The translations under genes and the position numbers were made by a program. DNA of 64,000 nt from assembly GCA_963796965.1 (NCBI GenBank), contig CAWCNS010000005.1, positions 832,001 to 896,000 on the forward strand, written 5' to 3'. The notes beneath the pieces are model-generated. The model was not told where the DNA came from, searched no databases, and was given only the letters and a program-made list of their open reading frames with translations. How positions within the stretch are numbered: position 1 is the stretch's first letter; every line of letters starts with the position of its first letter. This document shows positions 42,873 to 52,637 of this stretch, piece after piece. Origin of the DNA: Calditrichia bacterium. Its GTDB lineage: Bacteria > Calditrichota > Calditrichia > JAJRVZ01.

Positions 42873-43451
42873 ATGATAATAATTATAAAAAAAATCATTC
42901 TCCCTGTTTCATTGGTTCTATTTATGATCTTATCTTGTAGTAACAGATCACTCTCTCTCTTCTTTGATGGAGTCCCAAATGCTGACAGTACCAAATCAAC
43001 AGATAGCCAACCCCTATTCACGCCTCTTTCTGATTCTTCTTCCCAAAAATTGACCAAAGAAACAGTTATTATCAATGGTGCAGGTGTCTATCATCCTGAT
43101 TACAGGCAGAAAAAATGCGAGAAGTGTCATCAACTCGAACACGGCTATCGTCTTAATCAGCGCCAACCCGAACTTTGTTACCAATGCCATAAAAACATAA
43201 ATGATCAATATAAAAAGATCCATGGCCCTGTAGCAGCAGGATTTTGCTCAACCTGTCACCAACCTCATAAATCCCAATTTTCCGCATTGCTGAAGATGTC
43301 TGTTCGCGATGTCTGCCGGCATTGTCATGAGCCCGGGGATATCGTTAAAAATAATGCACATCAGAGAAGCAGTAAAACAGAATGCCTTGAATGCCATAAT
43401 CCTCATGGTGGGGATACGGCCAATTTATTAAGAATAAAAAAAGATGGATAA
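42873..43451 (+). CDS. Pentaheme cytochrome c lipoprotein
   Basis: Lipobox ILSC, LSLFFDGVP; CEKCH, CYQCH, CSTCH, CRHCH and CLECH. Confidence 0.9.
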   Translation: MIIIIKKIILPVSLVLFMILSCSNRSLSLFFDGVPNADSTKSTDSQPLFTPLSDSSSQKLTKETVIINGAGVYHPDYRQKKCEKCHQLEHGYRLNQRQPELCYQCHKNINDQYKKIHGPVAAGFCSTCHQPHKSQFSALLKMSVRDVCRHCHEPGDIVKNNAHQRSSKTECLECHNPHGGDTANLLRIKKDG

Positions 43452-45410
43452 ATGAAAAGTAGAATTACCATCTCTTGTATATTACTTTTTCTTCTCCTCA
43501 GACCATTGGCCGCTCAACAGCCCTTGTTTGAGATTGGATTATGGAAACAACAATCTCTGAATGGCGCAATCACCTTAGAAGGTCTTTATCGTTCTCAGGA
43601 AACAATTTTCCGATCCGGTCAAAGAGAGACCCCCGTAAATCAAAAACTACTCGGTCAATTTGAGATTGTTTCAAGAAGTTATATCTGGCATCCCAATCTC
43701 TTAAAAATAAATATTGATCTTAAACTGAATCCAGGTATTCAAAATGAGAGATTTTTAGTCATTCCCAATCGCTCCGAGAGACGCACAGCAGAACAACTAA
43801 GAATACAGACCGTTATTTTTGATCAGCGTTCCTTATCTGCCAATGCATTTTATAACATCAACCACCATTTTATAAACAGAGAATATGCTACAAATGTAGA
43901 AGCTGTCAATAATGATTATGGCGGAGGCATCTCCTTCCGAAATCCTTTTCTGCCAGTCACCCTTTCGTATATAAAATCAGACTGGACGCAGGATGAGATT
44001 CAAACAGGCAGGCAATTTTTAAATAAAAGAGAAAATATTTCGGTTGTATTCAACAAATCATTGGGACAATCAGATCGTCATCTTTTGAGTTATGCTTATG
44101 ACGATTATATCAGAAAATATGGATTTGGCAGCTGGATTGGAAATAAAGCGGTAAATATCCGACTGGAAAATCATGTCTCCCTTGATTCGAGCCGGTATAG
44201 CAACTGGCATTCCCTGGTATATTATCGCCGACAAAAGGGCAGTCAAAATTACGAGCGGCTGCAAATAAATGAGAATATAACCTATGCCCTACCTGCTTCA
44301 TTAAAATTTACCGGTCTGTACCGCTACAATGACTATAATCAATTTCTTCTACGTTCCCGCCAAAATAATATAGTGGCAAGGATGGAGCACAAACTCTATT
44401 CAAGCTTACGCAGCTATATTTATTATGAATACATTGATCTCAATCAAACATTTTTTGACGAACTCACCAACCAAATTGGAATTGGATTTGAATATACAAA
44501 AAAAATACCCACGGGTACTTTCCAATTATCCTATGAACATCGAGAGAGAAATGATGATCGTAAAAGCGAAAGCCAATATATAGATATTGTGAGGGAAGAG
44601 TATATTTTAAAGGATAATGAGATAATTCTTTTAAATCAGCCTGACATTGACCCTGCTACTGTAATTGTTCGAGACGAAAGCGGTTCAATCATCTATCAGG
44701 AGAATATTGACTATTTGATAATCAGCCGGGCCCCATTTCTTGAGATCCAGCGGCTACCCGGTGGTCAGATTTCTGAAGGACAGACAATTTATATTGATTA
44801 TACATCGCGACATTCGTTTTCGTTTAACTATGATACAAACTATAATATTTTCAGATTGAATCTGACCATTTTTAATCGTCTCTTAAATTTCTATTTCCGA
44901 TATTTTGATCAAAGGCATGATAATATTTTTAAAGCAGAAAATAAAATTCTTAAATCTATATCACAACGTGTTTATGGATTACGGCTTTCAAGAGGGATCC
45001 TTTCCGCCGGTCTGGAATTTGATAACTATGAGAGCAATATTGTGCCTTACCATGCAAAACGATATTATCTTACGGTGGCCTCGAATTTCTTATCCGTTCT
45101 CAACTTATCATTGAGTAGTAATTACAGGGACTACAAGCTCCTGGCTTCATTTGAGACCCAACAATTTGCAGATATTTCCGGACGTTTGATCTATTTCATC
45201 AACACTTTCTCAAAGGTTTCTTTGGATGGAGGTTATCGTTTTCAGGAAGGAAGGGGAATTGATCTCGATCTGAGCAATTTGCGGGCAGAATTTACTACAC
45301 GATACCGCTCTGTTTATCTTACCTTTGGCTTAGAAATGTACCGACGAAACTTTTCACAAGAGATAACAAATTATAATGGGGGATATATAAAAATTGAACG
45401 TAAATTTTAA
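43452..45410 (+). CDS. Outer-membrane beta-barrel protein (putative porin of a porin-cytochrome conduit)
   Basis: Signal peptide, many amphipathic Tyr/Phe-rich strands and a C-terminal beta-signal YIKIERKF; flanked by multiheme genes. Confidence 0.75.
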   Translation: MKSRITISCILLFLLLRPLAAQQPLFEIGLWKQQSLNGAITLEGLYRSQETIFRSGQRETPVNQKLLGQFEIVSRSYIWHPNLLKINIDLKLNPGIQNERFLVIPNRSERRTAEQLRIQTVIFDQRSLSANAFYNINHHFINREYATNVEAVNNDYGGGISFRNPFLPVTLSYIKSDWTQDEIQTGRQFLNKRENISVVFNKSLGQSDRHLLSYAYDDYIRKYGFGSWIGNKAVNIRLENHVSLDSSRYSNWHSLVYYRRQKGSQNYERLQINENITYALPASLKFTGLYRYNDYNQFLLRSRQNNIVARMEHKLYSSLRSYIYYEYIDLNQTFFDELTNQIGIGFEYTKKIPTGTFQLSYEHRERNDDRKSESQYIDIVREEYILKDNEIILLNQPDIDPATVIVRDESGSIIYQENIDYLIISRAPFLEIQRLPGGQISEGQTIYIDYTSRHSFSFNYDTNYNIFRLNLTIFNRLLNFYFRYFDQRHDNIFKAENKILKSISQRVYGLRLSRGILSAGLEFDNYESNIVPYHAKRYYLTVASNFLSVLNLSLSSNYRDYKLLASFETQQFADISGRLIYFINTFSKVSLDGGYRFQEGRGIDLDLSNLRAEFTTRYRSVYLTFGLEMYRRNFSQEITNYNGGYIKIERKF

Positions 45411-45422
45411 GAGAGAATGATC

Positions 45423-46751
45423 ATGAAAAAACAAAATTACCTGCTGGTTTACTTGCTAGGTCTCTTGTATTAGTTCACCCTTATTCGCTATCAATCAACA
45501 AAATTTTTCAAATTGTTCTGCAGAAGGCTGTCATGTAAAACAAACAAAATTTGATATGGTTCATCCTCCGGTGGAAGAAAATTGTATGAACTGTCATAAA
45601 ACAGATTCTGACGAACATCCCATTAAAGGCGAGAAGGAATTCTCATTAACCACCACTGTCCCTGCATTATGCTATGGTTGTCATGAGCCTAACAATCAGA
45701 TGAAATTTGTTCACCAGCCTGTAAAGGATGGGAGTCTGTCTTAACTGCCATAATCCACATAGCACGGAGAATGAGAAACTATTAATTTCAGAGAGTAGCG
45801 TCCCGTGTCTGGAATGTCATAGCATGGACAAAAATGATGTGGCCACCCATGGCCCCGTCTCAGCAGATATGTGTAATGCGTGTCACAATCCACATCAGTC
45901 AGAATTAACACATTTGTTATTGCGTGATGGATTGGACTTATGTGTTTTTTGTCATACAAACAAGAAGGATGTTCAAACGATGCCGAGTGTTCACGAACCT
46001 TTTCTCGCCGGCTGTCTGCAATGCCACAGTGCGCATCATTCACCATATAAATTTATGGTTAATAAAGATGTGCCGGGACTGTGTTTTGATTGTCATGCAG
46101 CCGTTGAGGTCCAGGTTGGAAAGGAGTCCGAGGTACACGGTCCCTTTCAAAAAGGCGGTAAATGCTATCTCTGTCACAATGCGCATGTGTCTGAGCATGC
46201 AAATCTTCTTCAGGACAAACAGGAAAAATTATGTTTTACCTGTCATAACAATAAAATCAAAGGGAAAACCCATACGGTAAAAGATATTGAAAAACGGGTA
46301 TCAAAATCCAAGTACGTTCATGGTCCGATTCTTGAGGATGGTTGTTCCGCTTGTCATGCTGCACATACGCCGGATAATTATTTTCTTCTTTCTGCTGCAT
46401 TTCCAAAAGGCAGTTATGGCACTGGCAGCACGGAGTCATTTGCGCACTGTTTTGATTGTCACGATTCAGGTTTGATGGAAGAAAAATCAACTACTACGGC
46501 CACGGAATTCAGAGATGGATCTGTTAATTTACATTATTTGCATGTGAACCGCGAGAAAGCGCGTAGACTGTATTACGTGTCATGACGTCCATGGATCAAA
46601 ATTCCCCCATCTTGTGGCCGATAAGGTGCCCTTTGGAAAATGGGAAATGCCAATGAAGTTTAAGGAGAGTGAAAATGGGGGTTCTTGTGTCACCGGTTGT
46701 CATAAAGAATTAGATTACAAGCGGGATTCCGGAATTAAATCAGGAGAATAA
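45423..46751 (+). CDS. Periplasmic multiheme cytochrome c (about 15 hemes, paired-CxxCH repeats); three +1 frameshifts near 45465, 45732 and 46565
   Basis: Reconstructed frame has 13 CxxCH plus CSAEGCH and CVTGCH, with repeated HxP...CxxCHxPHxS...LL...LCxxCH units; stop TAA 46749-46751. Confidence 0.85.
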
Positions 46752-46790
46752 CAACAAGACCCTTTGAGAACCAGGTAAATATTAAGTTTT

Positions 46791-47987
46791 CTAAAAGGAG
46801 AACTTTACCCTGGCGAAGTACTGGGTAGGAAACCCTCCATATTCTGTTCCATTATCACCACCGGTTGGAAAGATGAGCAAATATGTTTCCCAATTAGTTG
46901 CCACCGAATATTGGAGAGATGGTGCGGCAATCCACGATTTATCATTGGGATTATAAATTACAAAGAAATCCGCCCTGAGCAATGGTGTAAGTTGATAAGC
47001 AAATTCCTGATAAATTGAGTTTCGCCCGGGAGATAATTCACCCGTATAAATAATATCAAATCTTCTCGATCCAGCATTATCAGTTGTACCTAATCCATTA
47101 TATAAATATTCTGTGTGGAGATAAAAGTTGTTCTGAAAAGTATAATCATATGAGAGAGAAAATGTTAGATATGGATCTGTTACTTCAACAGTTTCCCATG
47201 TCAGTGATTCAAAATTGATCATCGTATAGGTTATATTAGGATCTGTATAAAGCAACTCTCCCCGAAAGCCTCCATCCCAAATCTCACCAGACCAATTCGC
47301 TGCAAGACGCGGACTATTCCGTTGCCAACCAGCAATGAGTCCAAAGTCGTAATTCCATTTATTTGTTGTATACCGCCCGGCATAAATTACCTCATACTTT
47401 GTACGTCCTGGTGTTACCGCAAGGTTAAATTGTGAAAGTGACCCTGTATAATATTGTACATGTACGGCATCCGTGCCCGGACGTTCTTCATAATCAAAAT
47501 CAAGAATATCAAAGGGATTAAATAAGTCGGTAGGATTCCAAACCAGGCAGGTACCCCAGGCAATCCGTTGCCGGCCCAAGATCACTTCCCAGTCATCTTT
47601 GATCCAGTCTAAGTAGAAGCGATCAATCTCACTAAAACCATATATATCGTCATCCTCTAACCATTCCCATTTGAGATCAAAATAATAACTATTTGTTGTA
47701 AATAGATTCTGAAATTCGCGGTAAAGATTCATGTTCTTTTGGTAGGTTAGCAGATTCCGTGCCTGTATGGATACCGAAAGATCATCAGTAGGATACCAAA
47801 AACCATTCAATCGTAATTGAAGGGTATTCTGCCATTGCCCTGTCTCAAAAGGAAAATCATCTAAAGTCCCGTCATCATAGGTGACCAGTTCTTTTGCATA
47901 GCCACCAAAGTTCCAATCCGATAATTGAGCATATAAAGGAGAAAATAAGACGGATAAGAGGAGAATAGTTAATCCTGAATATTTCAC
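46791..47987 (-). CDS. Outer-membrane beta-barrel protein associated with the ABC operon (start uncertain, GTG 47987 or upstream)
   Basis: Signal-peptide-like N-terminus; IDRFYL, GRQRIAWG, NPTDLFNPF, EERPGTDA and C-terminal VKFSF. Confidence 0.75.
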   Translation of the reverse strand: MKYSGLTILLLSVLFSPLYAQLSDWNFGGYAKELVTYDDGTLDDFPFETGQWQNTLQLRLNGFWYPTDDLSVSIQARNLLTYQKNMNLYREFQNLFTTNSYYFDLKWEWLEDDDIYGFSEIDRFYLDWIKDDWEVILGRQRIAWGTCLVWNPTDLFNPFDILDFDYEERPGTDAVHVQYYTGSLSQFNLAVTPGRTKYEVIYAGRYTTNKWNYDFGLIAGWQRNSPRLAANWSGEIWDGGFRGELLYTDPNITYTMINFESLTWETVEVTDPYLTFSLSYDYTFQNNFYLHTEYLYNGLGTTDNAGSRRFDIIYTGELSPGRNSIYQEFAYQLTPLLRADFFVIYNPNDKSWIAAPSLQYSVATNWETYLLIFPTGGDNGTEYGGFPTQYFARVKFSF

Positions 47988-48045
47988 TGAATTTCGTTCT
48001 AACCCGGCAAATCGATAATTATTCCTGCTGATCATATTTACATCA

Positions 48046-48741
48046 TTATTCATCAAATGAACCTGATTTATCACTTACCACGCCACCATCCTGCAACGTT
48101 ATAATTCTCCGCGCCCGACGCATAACCCGGGCATCATGTGTTGAAAAAATAAAAGTCATTTCATGTTTATCATTTAAATCTTCCATCAGATCAAGTAATG
48201 ATTCCGCAGATTCGCTATCCAGATTAGCGGTAGGTTCATCCGCCAGGACAAAAGCCGGTCGTGAGGCCAAAGCCCGGGCAACGGCTACCCGTTGTTGTTC
48301 ACCCCCTGATAACTGGGCAGGACGGGTGTTAATTCGATCTGTAAGTCCCACCTGTTTCAACAATTCGACTGCCCTTTCCTCCCTTTCATCCTTTTCTGCC
48401 CCCTGGAGAAGCATGATAAATTCCACATTTTCCCTCGCAGTAAATACAGGTATCAGATTATATGCCTGGAAGACAAAGCCAATATTCCTTAATCTGTATT
48501 CTACTAATTTGCTTTGAGAGAGGATTGCCAGATCGATTCCATCAATTTGGACTTTTCCATTTGTCGGTTGGTCTAATCCACCGACGATGTTTAGTAAGGT
48601 CGTTTTTCCGGAGCCTGAGGGACCAACAATAGCCAGAAACTCTTTTTTATTTATTTTTAACGATACGTTCCTGACCGCATGAACCGGCACCGCTGTTGTA
48701 TTATAGATTTTATTCAGATCGCTAATTTCAATCAGAGCCAT
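48046..48741 (-). CDS. ABC transporter ATP-binding protein (LolD/MacB-like)
   Basis: GPSGSGKTT, LSGGEQQRVAVARA and ADEPTANLD. Confidence 0.92.
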   Translation of the reverse strand: MALIEISDLNKIYNTTAVPVHAVRNVSLKINKKEFLAIVGPSGSGKTTLLNIVGGLDQPTNGKVQIDGIDLAILSQSKLVEYRLRNIGFVFQAYNLIPVFTARENVEFIMLLQGAEKDEREERAVELLKQVGLTDRINTRPAQLSGGEQQRVAVARALASRPAFVLADEPTANLDSESAESLLDLMEDLNDKHEMTFIFSTHDARVMRRARRIITLQDGGVVSDKSGSFDE

Positions 48742-48872
48742 TTTATATTCCTTCCGTATCGTTTTTATGGATACACTAAATAAAAAGTACAAGTATAGAA
48801 AGTAAAAAAGACTAGGGGAAAAGAATTTCCAAATTACAAATTACTAAGTATTCATTCTTACTCTTCTATTAT

Positions 48873-50087
48873 TTAATAACTCCGTATTGCCTCAGATGGC
48901 ACCAGATGTGTGGCTTTCCATGCCGGTAACAATGCTGCAATATTAGCAGCCACTACAATCATAACTGTTAAGATCAGATACATTAAAGCCGGTAAAAATG
49001 GGTAAAGGATTGCCGTCATTCCAAAACTTTCCAGACTTACTGAAATTGCTGTAAGGTCTATTCCGGTTGATCCAAAATAGGATATCGTAAGTAGACCCAC
49101 ACCCATACCACAAATTCCACCTGTGAGCGATAAGAATATCGCTTCTAATATAATCATGATAAATATTTTTCCCTTTTTCATACCAATGGCAATCAGAACA
49201 CCCAACTCACGTATTCGATCCACCACAGACATGAGCATGGTATTGGTAATGCCAAAAAGTAAGGCAAATAGAATAATACCAACAAATATGTACATATAGA
49301 CACCCGTATTTTGAGACAAATATGCCAATTCCGGCGCAAGGTCAGACCAACTCTCTACCTGCAATTCGGGGAACGATAATTGTAAGTTTTCTTTAACAGG
49401 ATCGATATTATCCAGCTCGGTCACACGCATAGCAATTTCATGGATAACAGGATCTGTGCTCAGACTTTTAAAAAGATCATGTTGCCTGACGAAAACATTC
49501 ATTTCATCAAACTGAGAAGAGTTCGTTTTAAACAGACCAACAATTCGACAAGCCAGATAGGTGATGTTTCCCTCGAGATCCTGGAAACTTAAAATAATCT
49601 TTGATTTGAGTTTAAGATTCAGACGGTTTGCAAGTTTAGTTCCGATAACAATTTGATTTTTTCGTTCAGATTCAAAATAACTACCCTCCACAATTTGCTG
49701 GTGAATATCTGTAATCTTTTTTGAATCATCGGGCACAATCCCGATAATTTGTACACCATATGAAGAAGTTGGTGAAGCAGCCATTCCAACTACCAACGCT
49801 CTTGCCTCGGCCGCTTCTAATTCAGGATTTTCTCTAATCTTCTTAAGTACTTTTACTCCATTGGGAATAAAATTGCGGATATCCTTATCCGTTTCATATG
49901 CTTCTTTATGAACCTGAATATGCGAAAGGTTACGACTTATGGCTGTCTCAACCATTGATTCCATCATTCCAACCATTATAGCACTCGAAAACAGGCCACC
50001 CCATAGACCAAAAGTTATGGCCGCCACAATGATCAGACTTCTCTTTTTATTTCGCCATATATTTTTCCAGGCGAGTGATATTAACAT
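48873..50087 (-). CDS. ABC transporter permease (MacB/FtsX/LolC-E family)
   Basis: LAWKNIWRNKKRS and NTMLMSVVDRIRELGVLIAIGM. Confidence 0.9.
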   Translation of the reverse strand: MLISLAWKNIWRNKKRSLIIVAAITFGLWGGLFSSAIMVGMMESMVETAISRNLSHIQVHKEAYETDKDIRNFIPNGVKVLKKIRENPELEAAEARALVVGMAASPTSSYGVQIIGIVPDDSKKITDIHQQIVEGSYFESERKNQIVIGTKLANRLNLKLKSKIILSFQDLEGNITYLACRIVGLFKTNSSQFDEMNVFVRQHDLFKSLSTDPVIHEIAMRVTELDNIDPVKENLQLSFPELQVESWSDLAPELAYLSQNTGVYMYIFVGIILFALLFGITNTMLMSVVDRIRELGVLIAIGMKKGKIFIMIILEAIFLSLTGGICGMGVGLLTISYFGSTGIDLTAISVSLESFGMTAILYPFLPALMYLILTVMIVVAANIAALLPAWKATHLVPSEAIRSY

Positions 50088-50160
50088 AAATCTCTCCTTC
50101 TATATTTTCACGCTGCGACGCAACGCCGCCACGATATTTTTCCATGAATTATGTAACTTG

Positions 50161-50257
50161 TGTCATTCTGAAAGAATCCTCCTGCATGAAGGCCAGATAA
50201 CTAAAAGTAGGAAGATCCCTATCCCGAGACGCGATCCCGTTCGGGGACGGGATGACA
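50161..50257. repeat. GTCAY...RTGAC intergenic hairpin element (copy 3)
   Basis: TGTCATTCTGAAAGAATCC ... GGAAGATCCC ... GGGATGACA, lying between two permease genes. Confidence 0.6.
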
Positions 50258-50315
50258 AAAAATTGACTGATTCCGAACCACACTATGCTTGGTAATTCTG
50301 CATGAGTCACCCGAT

Positions 50316-51530
50316 TTACCCTCGAATTGTTTTTGCCGGGTCGAGGTGGCGAATAAACAGCAATGGGTATGAGATAGTGACTACCGCTATTAAAAAAACA
50401 ACAACCGCCTGTGAAATAAAAACAACCGGTTCGGCACTAAAGGTAAGTATAGGTTCTATACTTAATTTCTCATATAACTCGGCCATTTCCCCGACTAAGC
50501 TAATTGGATTATTAACAAGATATAAAATGATTGGAATACTTCCGACAATTCCTATAAAAACACCCACGAATGAAACCATAAAAGTTTCAAGGCAAAGTAC
50601 CAAAATCAGCCATCTTCTTTTCATGCCAATTGAAATTAAGATAGCAAATTCTTTCGCCCGTTCCGAAACCATCATCATAACCGTTCCAAAAACGCCAAAT
50701 GCAATTACAATATATAGAATGGCCAGCATGATAATACCGCTCACATTATCAACTTCAATATTTTGTTCAAGATCGGGCATCATTTCATTCCACAACATAA
50801 TTTTTTGCTCATCGCTCAGTTCTGCCCGAACAGCCTCCTCAACTTCTTCCAGATGATGAATATTATCGATTAGAATTGGCAGAGAGGTGATACGATTCTC
50901 GCAGGAAAACACCTCCTGAGCAAGGTTTAAAGGTAATAAAACCATGGCATTATCCATTGCTTTAAAGGGTAATTTAACGATACCTGTAATGGGAACGATC
51001 GCCGCAGCAATTTGTCCATGATAGCCCTGTCCATAAAGAATCAGACTATCTCCGACGGTAGATTTTAATAATTTTGATAAGCCTGAACCTATGAGCAATC
51101 CCTTTGTTTCCGGAGTCAAATAATTCCCTTCCACCAATTTTTCTTTAACCCCGGTTATTTCAGTTTCAAGATTCGGATCGATACCAATAACCTGTGTAAC
51201 TTTTGTGCTGGTCCGGTATGAAATGAGGGCAAAAGCCTCCAAACGAGGGGTGAGATGAGAGATATTGGATATATTTTGAATTCTTTCGAATGTATCTTCC
51301 TCCAGGACAATGCTTTCATCTAGCGATCTCTTTTCCCAATAATCATTTCCCTGTATCTGAAGATGCCCGGTGAATAATTTCGCAGAAGAATCAATCATAT
51401 CACTATAGGATCCCAACTGTGCCGAACGCATCACCGCCGAAAGAATTACCGCAAAGAAGACGGATGATGCGACAATGATGGTTCTTTTTTTATTACGCCA
51501 AATATTACGCCAACTTAATGATAAGTACAT
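50316..51530 (-). CDS. ABC transporter permease (MacB/FtsX/LolC-E family)
   Basis: SWRNIWRNKKRT and MMVSERAKEFAILISIGM. Confidence 0.9.
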   Translation of the reverse strand: MYLSLSWRNIWRNKKRTIIVASSVFFAVILSAVMRSAQLGSYSDMIDSSAKLFTGHLQIQGNDYWEKRSLDESIVLEEDTFERIQNISNISHLTPRLEAFALISYRTSTKVTQVIGIDPNLETEITGVKEKLVEGNYLTPETKGLLIGSGLSKLLKSTVGDSLILYGQGYHGQIAAAIVPITGIVKLPFKAMDNAMVLLPLNLAQEVFSCENRITSLPILIDNIHHLEEVEEAVRAELSDEQKIMLWNEMMPDLEQNIEVDNVSGIIMLAILYIVIAFGVFGTVMMMVSERAKEFAILISIGMKRRWLILVLCLETFMVSFVGVFIGIVGSIPIILYLVNNPISLVGEMAELYEKLSIEPILTFSAEPVVFISQAVVVFLIAVVTISYPLLFIRHLDPAKTIRG

Positions 51531-51662
51531 TATATCAGCCTCTTCTTGGTTGTACTTTTAATAGATGAGATTTCATCATTGTGCCAGGAGCATGGCGTTC
51601 TCTTTCGATTTACTATGCGATGCTCTTTGCACTATGCGCTCTGTATCTTTTATATTATCTAT

Positions 51663-52400
51663 TTACCTAACCCGTTTCATATTTTGCTGAGAGAAAAAAG
51701 ATTCATCGATATTAATATTAAACTTGATCTCATTATACTCCATCACTGTTTTTTGTCCGGGTTTATCATGGGGGATCATTTCCCAATGAGAAGGGATGGT
51801 CCTGCCACCCATTTTTTTTATTTGTGACCCTATCATGGATTTTATAAGGATCTGGTCCTCATCATAATGATCGGCTTGCAATTGAAGAAATCCTTCTTTG
51901 GAAATCCAGGTCGTAATTTTACCCCAGACAACACCAGCATCTGGTTTTGGTATCATATCTATTTTATAGCAGTCATATCCATCTTTTTTTTCCTCACCAA
52001 CGATTGAATGGTTATAATCAATAACAATTGACGACTGGCGAACCAAGTCATCATTTGTAAAGTCTGATCCCATCCAGTCCTGCATCATCATAGAAGGTGG
52101 AATCTTTATCGCCCGATGGACAGAAGGGATCCAGTTCCAAACTTCTCGCTTTCTTTTAAGGGTGACAGTTCCCTTATCCTTTGCCGGCGCCTCAATGAAA
52201 ACCAATGCATAATCTGGTTCAAGAGCCCAGATTTTCATGGTCATTTCCCGTGACCAGCTTGGTTTAACAATCTTCATTGTCATTTCCGTGTAGGAACTCT
52301 TAGCACGGATCAATTCATCAGCCTTTTTGACAATTCCCGTTGCATCCTGCCCGACTGCCAGAGTGCTGGACAACAATAGTAATGCGATTATTTTATTCAC
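51663..52400 (-). CDS. LolA-like outer-membrane lipoprotein-sorting protein
   Basis: APAKDKGTVTLK, WNWIPS and WMGSDFTNDDLV. Confidence 0.82.
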   Translation of the reverse strand: MNKIIALLLLSSTLAVGQDATGIVKKADELIRAKSSYTEMTMKIVKPSWSREMTMKIWALEPDYALVFIEAPAKDKGTVTLKRKREVWNWIPSVHRAIKIPPSMMMQDWMGSDFTNDDLVRQSSIVIDYNHSIVGEEKKDGYDCYKIDMIPKPDAGVVWGKITTWISKEGFLQLQADHYDEDQILIKSMIGSQIKKMGGRTIPSHWEMIPHDKPGQKTVMEYNEIKFNINIDESFFSQQNMKRVR

Positions 52401-52427
52401 CTTTTAATTCTCCTGTATTTTTATTTA

Positions 52428-52577
52428 TCTCGCAAAGACGCAAAGCCGCAAAGAAAACATTATAGAATATAATATATAATGATTCTCTTATAAAGCAAAA
52501 GACAGATACAAAATTGATATTCATATAAACTCGTCCATTTCATATTTTAAACTTTGCGTCTTGGCGCCTTAGCGAGA
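52428..52577. repeat. Inverted pair of CGCAAAG-octamer REP-like units
   Basis: TCTCGCAAAGACGCAAAGCCGCAAAG (52428-52453) and CTTTGCGTCTTGGCGCCTTAGCGAGA (52552-52577); related copies at 7633, 8250, 23400, 32614/32683 and 33800. Confidence 0.75.
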
Positions 52578-52637
52578 ATATAATTCCGATATATGCATGA
52601 ATCATTTATCCCCAAGTTCCTAATTCCTAATTACATA

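Noticed and set aside
38297..46751. MtrCAB, nitrite reductase or hydroxylamine oxidoreductase-type cluster
   Set aside because: No decaheme MtrA/MtrC pattern, no CxxCK motif and no catalytic partner subunits; motifs fit OmcE-like and paired-CxxCH families.
50302..50856. Long antisense ORFs (here, and 11571-12056, 9092-9475, 38777-39139, 42116-42481)
   Set aside because: They are shadows of well-supported genes on the opposite strand, with no motifs or RBS.
7633..52577. CRISPR array from the recurring CGCAAAG repeats
   Set aside because: Copies are dispersed and degenerate, with no regular repeat-spacer period and no cas genes.
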